Of a stretch of DNA of 64,000 nt, positions 1 through 8,906 are shown piece by piece. Within the stretch, counting starts at the first letter, position 1. Each line of letters begins with the position of its first letter. The position numbers and the translations under genes were made by a program. A model generated the notes under the pieces. It searched no databases, was not told where the DNA came from, and was given only the letters and a program-made list of their open reading frames with translations. The stretch is from an uncultured Verrucomicrobiae bacterium (GTDB lineage Bacteria > Verrucomicrobiota > Verrucomicrobiia > Limisphaerales > UBA11358): NCBI GenBank assembly GCA_963711945.1, contig CAVQGB010000005.1, forward strand, positions 175,664-239,663, written 5' to 3'.

Positions 1-658
1 GAACGTTCAATGGGTGGCCGCCGGATTCGATCCGCGCGCGTTGCCAAAGTTGACTTAAGGCAACCCACATCATCGTTACATCTGAGTAAGCTTTGCAGGT
101 TTCGGGATCCGCTTTCGCGAAAGCGAAAGCCAAATAGCGGTCTTGGTTGACGGTGATCAAAGCGCTTGTGCCAATTGGAAAGCTTTTGGTTTTTCCATCC
201 GTTTTTTTGACTTCAGTCCCGGCAACTCCCCGGAGCTGTTCGTCCACTTGCCGGTCAAACGATTCCACGCCACCTCCGAAGCAATTTGTCAGGAAAGCAC
301 CATGCAAGCTTTTGTCCGATACTGGTTTTCCAAGCTTGCTGTCGAAAAATTCACTGACCGCAATTGCTCGGATGCCGTCCTGCTTGAAAAGATCGCCAAA
401 TATGACTTCGATTGTCGTGTTTGTGGTGGCAATTTTGATTTCAATCTTGGACGGCTTCCACACCTGTTTTAGTCCGTAGCAAAGGCTCACGATGATGACA
501 ACGGTGAGCGGAAGCATGCCCTCGATCTTAACGCCAGGCATAAAATGCGTCACACCCCGGATGATTGTGAACAGGACGCTGAAAGCCGTGAAGACATAAC
601 CTGCCGTCTTCCATGGGTGGCGAGTGATGCCGCGCAAAAGGTCTTTGAGGGATTGCAT
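1..658 (-). CDS. Hypothetical membrane-anchored (2-TM) protein, truncated by the window edge; cytosolic domain possibly Macro/SLOG-like
   Basis: Hand translation of the minus strand from ATG at 658: MQSLKDLLRGITRHPWKTAGYVFTAFSVLFTIIRGV...MLPLTVVIIVSLCYGL (two hydrophobic helices), then IEVIFGDLFKQDGIRAIAVSEFFDSKLGKPVSDKSLHGAF... The frame stays open to position 1. It is absent from the ORF track because it has no stop codon in the window. Confidence 0.5.
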   Translation of the reverse strand, partial: MQSLKDLLRGITRHPWKTAGYVFTAFSVLFTIIRGVTHFMPGVKIEGMLPLTVVIIVSLCYGLKQVWKPSKIEIKIATTNTTIEVIFGDLFKQDGIRAIAVSEFFDSKLGKPVSDKSLHGAFLTNCFGGGVESFDRQVDEQLRGVAGTEVKKTDGKTKSFPIGTSALITVNQDRYLAFAFAKADPETCKAYSDVTMMWVALSQLWQRARIESGGHPLNV

Positions 659-669
659 AGTCATGATGA

Positions 670-2196
670 TTATCTATGTGGCACGCGCAACTCGCCCGAC
701 AGCAGCTTCGGCAGCAGCGCGTCGCGCAGCGCAGCGAGCGTGCGGGATTCGTGGAGATTGGCGATCCATTTTGCGAATAACGGATGCACCGTTTTATCGA
801 ACTTCGCCAGAGTCGCGTCATCAGGAATCATCGTCGGAAAATCAGCGACGATTTGCTGGCTCAAATTCTGTTGCGCTGAACCTCGTGTTTGTTGTTCCAA
901 TGCAGCCACAGATGAGGCCATGTGCAAATAGATGAAATACCGCATTTCCTTTTTGGGAATTAGTCCGCAGCAAGCTTGGTTCGAGCACATGCCGTCGCCA
1001 AGAAAACAAACTTGTCCGGCTGTCGCACCATAAAGAGCTACGACTGTCGTTGCGGCAGGCCACAGCTTGGCGCTGCTGTTCGCAAGCCCTTCTTCGGAAA
1101 TATAATTCTCCGCCTTTGTTACGATGGCTTGTCGAACTTCGCCGGATGTGAGCCAAGGAATTGTGGCTGGTGTCCAGTAACGAGGTTCGTCGCGCTTTGG
1201 CGTGCCGCCATTTTCAACGCGCTCACAGCAATCGCGTAACTTGCCTTCGTGCCAGCTTTTGGGGAGGGCGGATTGGGTGGCGTCCACGAACCAGGATTTG
1301 AACAGGCTCTGGGCCAGCGCCTCCAGCGTCTCGTTCATCCGCCGGTTCAACTCAATCTTGTCGTCCAGCGCACCCAACACCGACGCAATCGCTCGTTGTT
1401 CTTTAATGTCCGGCTTTGGCACGTCAAAACTTTCAATCATGCCTTTGGTGAGCGCATTGCGTGTTGCACCTGCGCCTGCCAATGTCAGCATTTGCTCCTG
1501 CATTTGTGGCGAGACCAGAAAATAACGCAGAAAAGTTGGATTAATTTCGTCGGGGTCAGGCCGAATGATAGCAACGTGCTGATTGACGCGGGCGGGCAAA
1601 ACTTCTTTCGGAGCTTGGCAACAGCGAGCAACCGAATCGCCAGTGATGTTTAGAAGCACATCGCCGGCGGAAACTTCCACGTTGCTTAAATCATCCGCCT
1701 GCTCTTTGCTAATGAACGCCAAGCCGTGATTGGTGAATCGGTTGTTGTGGACATTTTGGCTGCGGATTAGCGAGAACGGTCCAGATTTAAGGTAGGTTTC
1801 ACCTCCACCGCGCGGTGTCGCACCGCTGCCAATTTTCTTGCACACGTTTCCAAGACGGATTGTTGGCCACTCGCTCCCGCTGGCGACAGCGTTTTTCCTT
1901 TCATAAAACACCCGCCCATATTTCTGAATGTGCTTTTCCACATCCGAGTTGGTGATTTTGGCACGGATGACGAGGTCGGCTTCAAAGGGCAACTCCAAAC
2001 TACCAATCCGTGACCGGACGACGACTAAATCAGCGAGGTTGAGGTCGTCTCCTTCGAGGGCAAGGTCAAGGTCAGATGCTCCGCGAAAAGTGCCGATAGC
2101 TCGCGAACCAAACAGAACCGCGCGCCTTATCTTCGGGAATGCCTCCAGCACTGAGAGGATTCCCTGCCTGTCGCGTTCTGTTAGTCCATCGGTCAC
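670..2196 (-). CDS. hsdS: Fusion protein: N-terminal MNT-type nucleotidyltransferase domain plus a complete Type I R-M specificity subunit (two target-recognition domains)
   Basis: 508-aa ORF. Residues 30-46, GSRAIGTFRGASDLDLA, match the GSx(9-10)DxD minimal NTase motif. Residues ~110-508 have HsdS architecture (LGNVCKKIGSGATP..., central helix DIKEQRAIASVLGALDDKIELNRRMNETLEALAQSLFKSWF, C-terminal LRDALLPKLLSGEL). The GTG start overlaps the upstream stop (GTGA at 2193-2196). Confidence 0.85.
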   Translation of the reverse strand: MTDGLTERDRQGILSVLEAFPKIRRAVLFGSRAIGTFRGASDLDLALEGDDLNLADLVVVRSRIGSLELPFEADLVIRAKITNSDVEKHIQKYGRVFYERKNAVASGSEWPTIRLGNVCKKIGSGATPRGGGETYLKSGPFSLIRSQNVHNNRFTNHGLAFISKEQADDLSNVEVSAGDVLLNITGDSVARCCQAPKEVLPARVNQHVAIIRPDPDEINPTFLRYFLVSPQMQEQMLTLAGAGATRNALTKGMIESFDVPKPDIKEQRAIASVLGALDDKIELNRRMNETLEALAQSLFKSWFVDATQSALPKSWHEGKLRDCCERVENGGTPKRDEPRYWTPATIPWLTSGEVRQAIVTKAENYISEEGLANSSAKLWPAATTVVALYGATAGQVCFLGDGMCSNQACCGLIPKKEMRYFIYLHMASSVAALEQQTRGSAQQNLSQQIVADFPTMIPDDATLAKFDKTVHPLFAKWIANLHESRTLAALRDALLPKLLSGELRVPHR

Positions 2197-2597
2197 GCGC
2201 CCTTGGCAAGTTTATTCAGCTTTTCCACACAGGCCCGGAGCATGGGTTCGAGCTTTTCTTTGATCAGCGCAATTGCCTGTTGGGCAATGTCATGTTCATA
2301 CGTGTGGCTGAAAAGATTCCGGCTTTCCAGCGCCTCAAGCCATTCATCTACATCGGTCAGCAATTCCATCTCGAACGCCTTGTTGATGGTTTCTCGCGGA
2401 CTATTGACGGCATAACCCTCAAACGTGAGTTTGTCCTTCAAAGTCTTCCAGCAAAGCTCAAACGTGAATTCGTAGGTCTGAACCAGTCCGGCGACTTCAA
2501 GTTCGTTGTATTCGTCCTGATCGCAGGCATCTTCCAGCCGCTTGAACGCCTTGTTCAGATTTTGCAGTCGTTGTATCCAGCGGTTTTCGTTGCTCAT
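2193..2597 (-). CDS. HEPN-domain protein (HI0074-like nucleotidyltransferase substrate-binding family), putative toxin partner of the MNT domain
   Basis: The internal ATG at 2597 of ORF 2193..2822 gives [24 protein letters not shown]...[12 protein letters not shown] (Rx4H HEPN motif). The ATGA overlap with the hsdM stop (2594-2597) supports this start. The upstream part of the tracked ORF is Arg-rich out-of-frame hsdM sequence. Confidence 0.8.
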   Translation of the reverse strand: MSNENRWIQRLQNLNKAFKRLEDACDQDEYNELEVAGLVQTYEFTFELCWKTLKDKLTFEGYAVNSPRETINKAFEMELLTDVDEWLEALESRNLFSHTYEHDIAQQAIALIKEKLEPMLRACVEKLNKLAKGA

Positions 2598-4260
2598 GCT
2601 TTTCCTGGTTTGTTGTGCTCGCTGAGAGTAACCAAATTCTTCCGGATTGTCTTTTCCAGTTTCGCCGATTCCGCGAACTGTTCTTCCAGCGTCGCGGTGA
2701 GGCGTTTCATCTTTTGCTCGAACGGTTCGCCGTCGTCTTCCATGTCTGCCGCGCCCACATAACGACCGGGCGTGAGGACGTATCCATGCGTCTGGATTTC
2801 TTCGAGCTTCACAGATTTGCAAAAGCCGGGTTCGTCCTGGTAGGGCGCGTCACTCCGTGCGCGCCGCTCACTTGCTTGCCACCAGCGGCTGGCAGGACTG
2901 CCAGCCCTACCTGGTTTCCACGCATGGTAGCAGTCGGAAATTTTGGCAATTTCCTCGGCAGTCAGTTCCCGGTGGATGCGGTCAACCAGCACGCCCATTT
3001 TCCGCGCATCAATGAAAAGGGTTTCACCGCGCCGGTCGCGGCGTTTGTGGTTCTTTTTGTCGCGGGCCAGAAACCAGAGGCAGACGGGAATTTGCGTGGT
3101 GAAAAACAACTGGCCGGGCAGCGCGACCATGCAATCCACGAGGTCGGCTTCAATCAAGGCTTTGCGAATCTCGCCTTCGTTCGAGGTCTGCGTGGACATT
3201 GAACCGTTCGCCATGACGAATCCCGCCACGCCCACGGGCGAGAGGTGATGGATGAAATGTTGAATCCAGGCGTAGTTGGCGTTGTTCACCGGCGGCATCC
3301 CGAATTTCCAGCGCACGTCCTGCCGCAGGTTTTCGCCGCCCCAATCGCTCATGTTGAACGGCGGGTTGGCGAGAATGAAATCGGCCTTGAGGTCGGGATG
3401 CAAATCCGCCCGGAAGCTGTCGGCGTTGCGCGGGCCGAGATTGGCGTCAATGCCGCGAATGGCGAGGTTCATCCGCGCCAGTTTCCAGGTGGTGTAGTTG
3501 GATTCCTGCCCGTAAACCGCGATGTCGCCCACGCGTCCGCCGTGTTCTTCCACGAATTTTTCCGATTGACACGAACATGCCGCCCGAACCGCAGCACGGA
3601 TCGAACACGCGGCCTTTGTAGGGTTCAAGCATGGCGACGAGCACCTGCACGACGCATTGCGGGGTGTAGAACTCGCCGCCGCCCTTGCCTTCCGCGCTGG
3701 CGAACTTGCCGAGAAAGTATTCATAGACGCGCCCGAGCACGTCCTTGGATTTCGCCGCCGATTCGTTGAAGCCGATGTTGCTGATGATGTCCACGAGTCC
3801 GCCGAGCCGGACTTTGTCGAGGCTGGGCCGGGCGTAATCGCGCGGCAGCACGCCTTTGAGCGTGGGATTCTCGCGCTCAATCGCGCCCATCGCGTCGTCA
3901 ATGACCTTGCCAATCTCCGGCGACTTGGCCTTGGCCTTGATGGTGTGCCAGCGGGCTTCGGGCGGCAGCCAGAAGACATTCGCGGCCATGATATTCGTCG
4001 CGGTTCTCGGCGGCTTCGGCGCGTTGCGGTTCGTCTTTGATGAACCATTCGCTCTTGGGATCGGAGAAGCCGAACAGCAGTTGCTCGCGTTTTTCCTCGA
4101 AGGCGTCGGAGATGTATTTCAGGAAGATGAGGCCGAGGCAGACGTGCTTGTATTCCGAGGCGTCCATGTGCCCGCGCATCTTGTCGGCGGCGGCCCAAAG
4201 CTGGGCTTCAAAGTCGAGAGCGGAGCCGTTGGCGGTTTTCTGACTATTTCCCTTAGCCAT
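2594..4260 (-). pseudogene. hsdM: Type I R-M DNA methyltransferase subunit HsdM, interrupted by two frameshifts (near 3990 and near 3571)
   Basis: Three frame pieces join into one Hsd[57 protein letters not shown]... comes from ORF 3898..4260. [13 protein letters not shown]...[34 protein letters not shown] comes from ORF 3447..3989. [11 protein letters not shown]...[11 protein letters not shown]... comes from ORF 2594..4198. The SAM motif DPCCGSGG and catalytic NPPF are present. Confidence 0.85.
2839..2911. repeat. GC-rich palindromic repeat element inside the hsdM 3' region (GGTAGGG...CCCTACC termini)
   Basis: GGTAGGGCGCGTCACTCCGTGCGCGCCG ... GGCTGGCAGGACTGCCAGCCCTACC. The first 28 nt are identical to 10394-10421 in lpdA. 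There are two internal hairpins. It is translated in frame as ...[10 protein letters not shown]... Confidence 0.8.
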
Positions 4261-4353
4261 GATGGAAAGGGAGTGTGCGCCTGAAGGTCGTTCGCGTCAA
4301 TTCCTGCCTGTAGTTGGACAGCGGTTGTCCATGCACCGGAGTAAAATGCCGGG

Positions 4354-4575
4354 ATGAATGCCGCACGATGGTTCCAGCGCCGGGAAGATTATCAGCCGCC
4401 CCAAACGCCGGCAGACAGCCAGTTTCGGCGGTTCAAGGTGTCCTGTCTCAAATGCGGCAGTTTCAAGCTGCGGGTGATCGGCGAATTTGATTCGGATGCG
4501 GGCGAATTGAAGATTTACCTTTTCTGCCCGTCGTGTCGCGAGCGCGAACAAGTCCTTGCGGACTGCCACCATTAA
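4354..4575 (+). CDS. Small zinc-ribbon-like hypothetical protein
   Basis: 73-aa ORF with two CxxC pairs (CLKCGS...CPSCRE). No recognisable family. Confidence 0.4.
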   Translation: MNAARWFQRREDYQPPQTPADSQFRRFKVSCLKCGSFKLRVIGEFDSDAGELKIYLFCPSCREREQVLADCHH

Positions 4576-4598
4576 CAAAGTTCGGCCTGTTTGCCGCT

Positions 4599-4841
4599 TC
4601 AACGGTGAAGCGTCTGCGGACTTATGAAGGCACCGACAAGGATCACCACAAATCCAGCCAGTTGGAGAAAAAATGGTTTCTTGGCCTCGGACCAATGCAC
4701 GATCAGAAAAAATAGAGAGACAATGGGAAGGAACAGGCAGGCTAGCCCCCACCAGATACTTGTCCGGAAAGCGGCAACCAAGAACAACAAGCCACCAATA
4801 AGACAAATGATGACTCCCAAAAGAATAATCGCGGTTCCCAT
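4599..4841 (-). CDS. Small integral membrane protein (3 predicted helices)
   Basis: 80-aa ORF, MGTAIILLGVIICLIGGLLFLVAAFRTSIWWGLACLFLPIVSLFFLIVHW... The hydrophobic pattern is typical of small membrane proteins. Confidence 0.5.
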   Translation of the reverse strand: MGTAIILLGVIICLIGGLLFLVAAFRTSIWWGLACLFLPIVSLFFLIVHWSEAKKPFFLQLAGFVVILVGAFISPQTLHR

Positions 4842-5198
4842 ATTTTTAGTAGCCGTTTTTTGCAGGTTGAAGATTCAGGCCTTCGGTGTCAACGGGGAAT
4901 TCTATATTGGGGAATTCGGCGGAGTGACGAAACTTGGCTGCCGGAATGGAGCGGCAACCCGGGCGGAGTGAAGCGGTGTGCCGTTCGGTCGCGTGGGGGT
5001 CTTGGGGCAAGCCAGTCTTTCGGCTTACGGAGCCTTTTCCGTTAGCTGAAAGTCTGGCGCGGGGGCGGGTGCAAATTCATCGCGACGGAACGGGCACACA
5101 AGCGGAACGGAGGCCGGATTGACGCGGAATGCAGGCTGCCAAGTATGGTCACGACTTCGGGCGGGAAACGAAATTGCGCGTGCGGTGTTGAAATTATC

Positions 5199-6008
5199 AT
5201 GTCGGAAGAAGCGGAGAAAAAGTTAGCTGCCATAAGACCGGGTCGCAAGGAAACCGCGGCTCATCTAAAAAACGTAGAAGAAATTCAAATTGATACAGCA
5301 AAGCGTCGGCAAGATTGGTTAAAACGGTTGGCGAGCGAATATATCAAGCTTGAAACCAAGATGCCGGTAACAAATTTTCTACCCGACGAGTGTTGCCCGA
5401 AATGGGTTGAAAATATTGAACGAGAAGTGGGGGCGACCATGTTTCCAGTCGCGAAGCTCAAGGAAGAATTGAAACTCACCCCGCGACGCCTGGCAGCCAT
5501 TATCGGACATCAATGCGCGATAGCTGTTTGGCTGATGGAATGGGTTGAAAACCTTCTTGAAAAACCGCAACCCGTGGGGAATGCAAAATTAACGCCGGAG
5601 CAAATCAAACAAGGCGAAGAATTTTTGATTATGCTGGTTGATGGTTGGTATCCGGCTCTGCGACGGCTTGCAAAAAGGGCTTTGTGCTCGTGCATTGATC
5701 AGCCCTACGACGTTATGAAAGATTTTTTGCTGGCGTATGCAGATGCCTTTGCTCAAAAACCCACCGGGCGCGGCTTGGGCAGTTTTGGCAGTTCGGCCAT
5801 AGAGATTTACCACTTTATGCTGTTCCACTGGCGGATTGTTGAACGGCTAAATTCGGTTCACCATCTCCATGAGGTGCTGGTCAAGGTTTTTGGTCCATAT
5901 CGGACTGGCGACTTGAAACGAACGGAAAAAATTTGTCAAAGAATCGGTCTTCATTATCGTAAGCCGGGGCGTCCTCCGAAAATCGAAACAATTCAGACAC
6001 CCACCTAG
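5199..6008 (+). CDS. Hypothetical protein (element cargo), C-terminal basic HTH-like tail
   Basis: ORF 5145..6008; the likely start is MSEEAEKKLAAIRPG at 5199. It ends ...KICQRIGLHYRKPGRPPKIETIQTPT. GC is lower than the flanks. Confidence 0.5.
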   Translation: MSEEAEKKLAAIRPGRKETAAHLKNVEEIQIDTAKRRQDWLKRLASEYIKLETKMPVTNFLPDECCPKWVENIEREVGATMFPVAKLKEELKLTPRRLAAIIGHQCAIAVWLMEWVENLLEKPQPVGNAKLTPEQIKQGEEFLIMLVDGWYPALRRLAKRALCSCIDQPYDVMKDFLLAYADAFAQKPTGRGLGSFGSSAIEIYHFMLFHWRIVERLNSVHHLHEVLVKVFGPYRTGDLKRTEKICQRIGLHYRKPGRPPKIETIQTPT

Positions 6009-6192
6009 ACTGGCTGTCGGTATTACTACAGTTCGCGTTGTGGTTTATTCATGACGTGTGCGCAATTCTTCATCTGAATAATTCGTTGAACGTCGCAAGA
6101 CGTTTCAGCGGGCTTCGCCACGTTCATTTCCGCACGGTGCTCTGCCGGTCGCGCGGAATCGATCAACCGGCAGAATCGAAAGGACAACCAAA

Positions 6193-6480
6193 ATGGTAGT
6201 CAAACTGGAAGTATTCAAGACCGTCCACAACACGTGGCCGGCCAAAAACGGAATGGCAGCGGGCGAATCATACGACCTGCTGTGCATTGATGTCAGCAAT
6301 CCACCGGAACACCGGATGGAAGAGATGCTGTTCTACCGGACAAAACCGGAAGAACGCGAAGCCCACTACGTCAACGGCACGGGCAAAGTCATCACGGTTG
6401 GCGTTGCCAAGATTCGGCACGCGGACAAGGGCGGCAAAGCTACCATCATCGGGAGCATCATCCCGGAAGCCAAAAAGTAA
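6193..6480 (+). CDS. Hypothetical protein (element cargo)
   Basis: 95-aa ORF lying 7 nt upstream of the Rep gene on the same strand. No motif recognised. Confidence 0.4.
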   Translation: MVVKLEVFKTVHNTWPAKNGMAAGESYDLLCIDVSNPPEHRMEEMLFYRTKPEEREAHYVNGTGKVITVGVAKIRHADKGGKATIIGSIIPEAKK

Positions 6481-6486
6481 AAACTT

Positions 6487-7140
6487 ATGGCTAAAAATCC
6501 TCGGATAGACAGAGACTGGCGTGATCCGATCCGCAAATCCGAGGTCGCCACAGACTTTGGCATCACACTGGCAAGAATCCAGTGGGACCTTTTTGCAACG
6601 CCGACTTTTAAGGGCAACGTCCCTCGAACAAATATTTGTTACGGCATGGCGTTTCGCTGGTTGCAAGAATTGGCCAAAGTCTGTGGCGTGCCCTATAAGC
6701 GCCTTCTCATAGCACTGCGCGGTGAAGAAGGCGAAAAGAATGGGCGTTTCCACTTCCACTGTCTGGTGGGGGGAACTGCTACGCGCAACTATCACACGCT
6801 GCAACACCAGGCTGAACATCTGTGGAAGCATCAGACAGGTGGGGCGCGTGTAGATGTTCGACAATATGACCGCTCACTGGCCGGAGCGGAATACGTTGCG
6901 AAGTGCCTTGGGGCAAACGCATACGAGCTGAACAAATACAGCTTTGCGAACACGGTGACGCTGTCTGCATCTGTTATCCGGTTGATAGCGGGTATTGATG
7001 CGAGTGGAGACAGACGCTGCGGACAGGACACATGGAGAAACGGGCTGGTGACGAAAGCGACGGGGTTTAACCAGGTGGTTCCCGCTGTGAGTAAGCTTTG
7101 CGATGAGACAGCCTCCCAGATTGCGGGCATGGCGCATTGA
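6487..7140 (+). CDS. HUH-superfamily rolling-circle replication initiator (Rep)-like protein
   Basis: Three motifs appear in the canonical order: LFATPTFKG (motif I-like), GRFHFHCLVGG (HUH motif) and AEYVAKCLG (catalytic Tyr YxxK-like motif). Confidence 0.6.
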   Translation: MAKNPRIDRDWRDPIRKSEVATDFGITLARIQWDLFATPTFKGNVPRTNICYGMAFRWLQELAKVCGVPYKRLLIALRGEEGEKNGRFHFHCLVGGTATRNYHTLQHQAEHLWKHQTGGARVDVRQYDRSLAGAEYVAKCLGANAYELNKYSFANTVTLSASVIRLIAGIDASGDRRCGQDTWRNGLVTKATGFNQVVPAVSKLCDETASQIAGMAH

Positions 7141-7395
7141 TGCTGCTGGTTTACGGGGACAAGTTCCCTGCGGTGGCTAAAAGACAATTCGCCGACAATC
7201 CGCCTTGGATGCTGGGATAAAACGCCAAAGCTACTGTGGCGTGTGTCAAATGAACGGGATTCCTTTGACGGTGGAGCGGTGGGCGGGCGCGCCAGCGCCC
7301 GCCCGCCGCCCGCCGGCAAAGGCTCCTTGTAGAAATCCTATGCCCAGATGTGATGGCGAATTAACCCAAAACACTGGACGGATGCAGGCGAAGTT

Positions 7396-7737
7396 TTGAT
7401 GAGAGACGACCAACATCGGTTTTTGATGCTGCTGGGCCAGTTGCCGGCCCGCCTGACGGCGGAGCAGGCGGCTTGGGTGCTCAACTGCCAGCCGCATGAC
7501 GTGCCGGTGCTGGTCGCGGCGCGGCTGCTCAAGCCGTTGGGCAATCCTCAAGCCAATAGCACCAAGTTTTTCGCGACGACTGATTTGCTTGAACAAATCA
7601 AAGACCGCAATTGGCTGGTGCGGGTCTCCACCGCCATTTATCAGCACTGGCACAAACAAAATGCCCGCAAGAAAAGCCGTTTCCCGAACGGAACGGGAAA
7701 CGGCCAAACCGCGCTGCCGATGGCATCGGTTGGTTAA
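7396..7737 (+). CDS. Putative excisionase / HTH DNA-binding protein
   Basis: 113-aa ORF containing LTAEQAAWVLNCQPHDVPVLVAARLLKPLG (HTH-like). It converges on and overlaps the integrase 3' end by 4 nt. Confidence 0.45.
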   Translation: MMRDDQHRFLMLLGQLPARLTAEQAAWVLNCQPHDVPVLVAARLLKPLGNPQANSTKFFATTDLLEQIKDRNWLVRVSTAIYQHWHKQNARKKSRFPNGTGNGQTALPMASVG

Positions 7738-8768
7738 GCGGCGGAGAATTGCATCGGCACGACGTTGGAAGCCGTCGCCATTTTGCTTTCAAAATCTTCA
7801 AGGGCTGGAATCAACACCTTTGCCTTCCGCGCATAAGCCCGATGCACCGCTTTGCTATTGTGGCCCAGCGCCTCCTGCGCGAAGCGTTCGGGATAGCCGC
7901 AAGTCTTGGCGCGTTCCGCCCACGCGTAGCGGTAGGAGTGAAGCGAAACCCCGGAGACGCCGACGAGACGGCAGCGTCGGATGAACGCCTTGGCCCGGTC
8001 GGATTCCTTCCACTGGACGACTTGCGGGAACAAGCAGCCCGTCGTCGGACGCCGCTCAAGAATCTTCACGACGGCCTCGCCAATGCGGATTATGGCTTGT
8101 GTGCCTGTTTTCATACGGGCATAGGAGATTGTCCGGTCGGTCCAATCTACATCCTCGGCGCGCAACGAAGCCATGTCGGTCTGCGAGCCGCCCAAGTGCC
8201 AGAGCAGTTCGTAGAAGTCGCGCACTTCGAGGTTTCGCTCGCCGGCCATAATTTTCTGGTGTTCCTCCCAAGTGATGCCGCGCTTGTCTTTGAAGTGGAT
8301 GGCGGGCCAGCGCTTCCGGGCCAGCACCGGCCACGGCAGCCACGACATGTCGAGGGCGAAGTTTTGCACCCGGCGCAAAAAGATGTTGCTGCAAACCGTG
8401 CCAGTCTCCAGCACGCGCATGAAGTGTTCTGGGCGGGTTTCCAAGACGGGTAAACCGCGAATCGCATCGAATGCCTTGTCGCGCATGGCTGTCCGCCAGC
8501 GAATCAGGGTCGGCCCCTGTTTCAGTGTGGCCGCCTCCTCCATGACGTGCTGCCAGGTGCGGGCGGCGATCTGCGGGTCGCTGGCTGCGAGATAGGCGCG
8601 GGCGATTTGCAGGTTGATGGCGGGCTGCCTTTCCGCCTCGTTCTTGGCGTTAAGGAATCGCCCAGCCTCTGCCCGGTCACGGGTGTGGAGGCTGGATTGC
8701 TTGCCGGTGGTCGTGTCTTCGCAATAGAAGATTTCACCGCGTTTAAACAGGATGAACCGTTGTCTCAT
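7734..8768 (-). CDS. int: Tyrosine recombinase / phage-type integrase
   Basis: 344 aa. The C-terminal catalytic region is ...LHSYRYAWAERAK...ALGHNSKAVHRAYAR (H-x-x-R ... Y). It lies adjacent to the tRNA 3' end. Confidence 0.9.
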   Translation of the reverse strand: MRQRFILFKRGEIFYCEDTTTGKQSSLHTRDRAEAGRFLNAKNEAERQPAINLQIARAYLAASDPQIAARTWQHVMEEAATLKQGPTLIRWRTAMRDKAFDAIRGLPVLETRPEHFMRVLETGTVCSNIFLRRVQNFALDMSWLPWPVLARKRWPAIHFKDKRGITWEEHQKIMAGERNLEVRDFYELLWHLGGSQTDMASLRAEDVDWTDRTISYARMKTGTQAIIRIGEAVVKILERRPTTGCLFPQVVQWKESDRAKAFIRRCRLVGVSGVSLHSYRYAWAERAKTCGYPERFAQEALGHNSKAVHRAYARKAKVLIPALEDFESKMATASNVVPMQFSAA

Positions 8769-8883
8769 GTTGATGCCTTTCGGTTCTGAATGGTGAACCT
8801 GTGCGGCATCGTCGCGTTAGCCAGTAGTGGGCAAGTATCAGCAAATTCTAACGAATGGTGGCCGGTAGCTTTGGCGGTCACGG

Positions 8884-8906
8884 TTTCACTGACACTTTCA
8901 CTGACA
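8884..8906. repeat. Tandem direct repeat TTTCACTGACA x2 between int and the tRNA (candidate arm-type recombinase site)
   Basis: gTTTCACTGACAcTTTCACTGACAg is read directly. It lies about 50 nt from the tRNA 3' end. Confidence 0.5.

Noticed and set aside
4297-4806. 169-aa minus-strand ORF overlapping both the zinc-ribbon ORF and the small membrane protein ORF
   Set aside because: It has no motifs, and its N-terminal part is antisense or out of frame relative to the more plausible 80-aa membrane protein. It is most likely spurious.
4944-4980. Possible distal att site: GGAATGGAGCGGCAACCCGGGCGGAGTGAAGCGG resembles the tRNA-Thr 3' end GAAATGGAGCCAATGGCCGGGATTGAACCGG
   Set aside because: Identity is only about 65-70% and needs a 3-nt indel, which is too weak to call a direct repeat. 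It is kept only as a tentative left boundary of the element.
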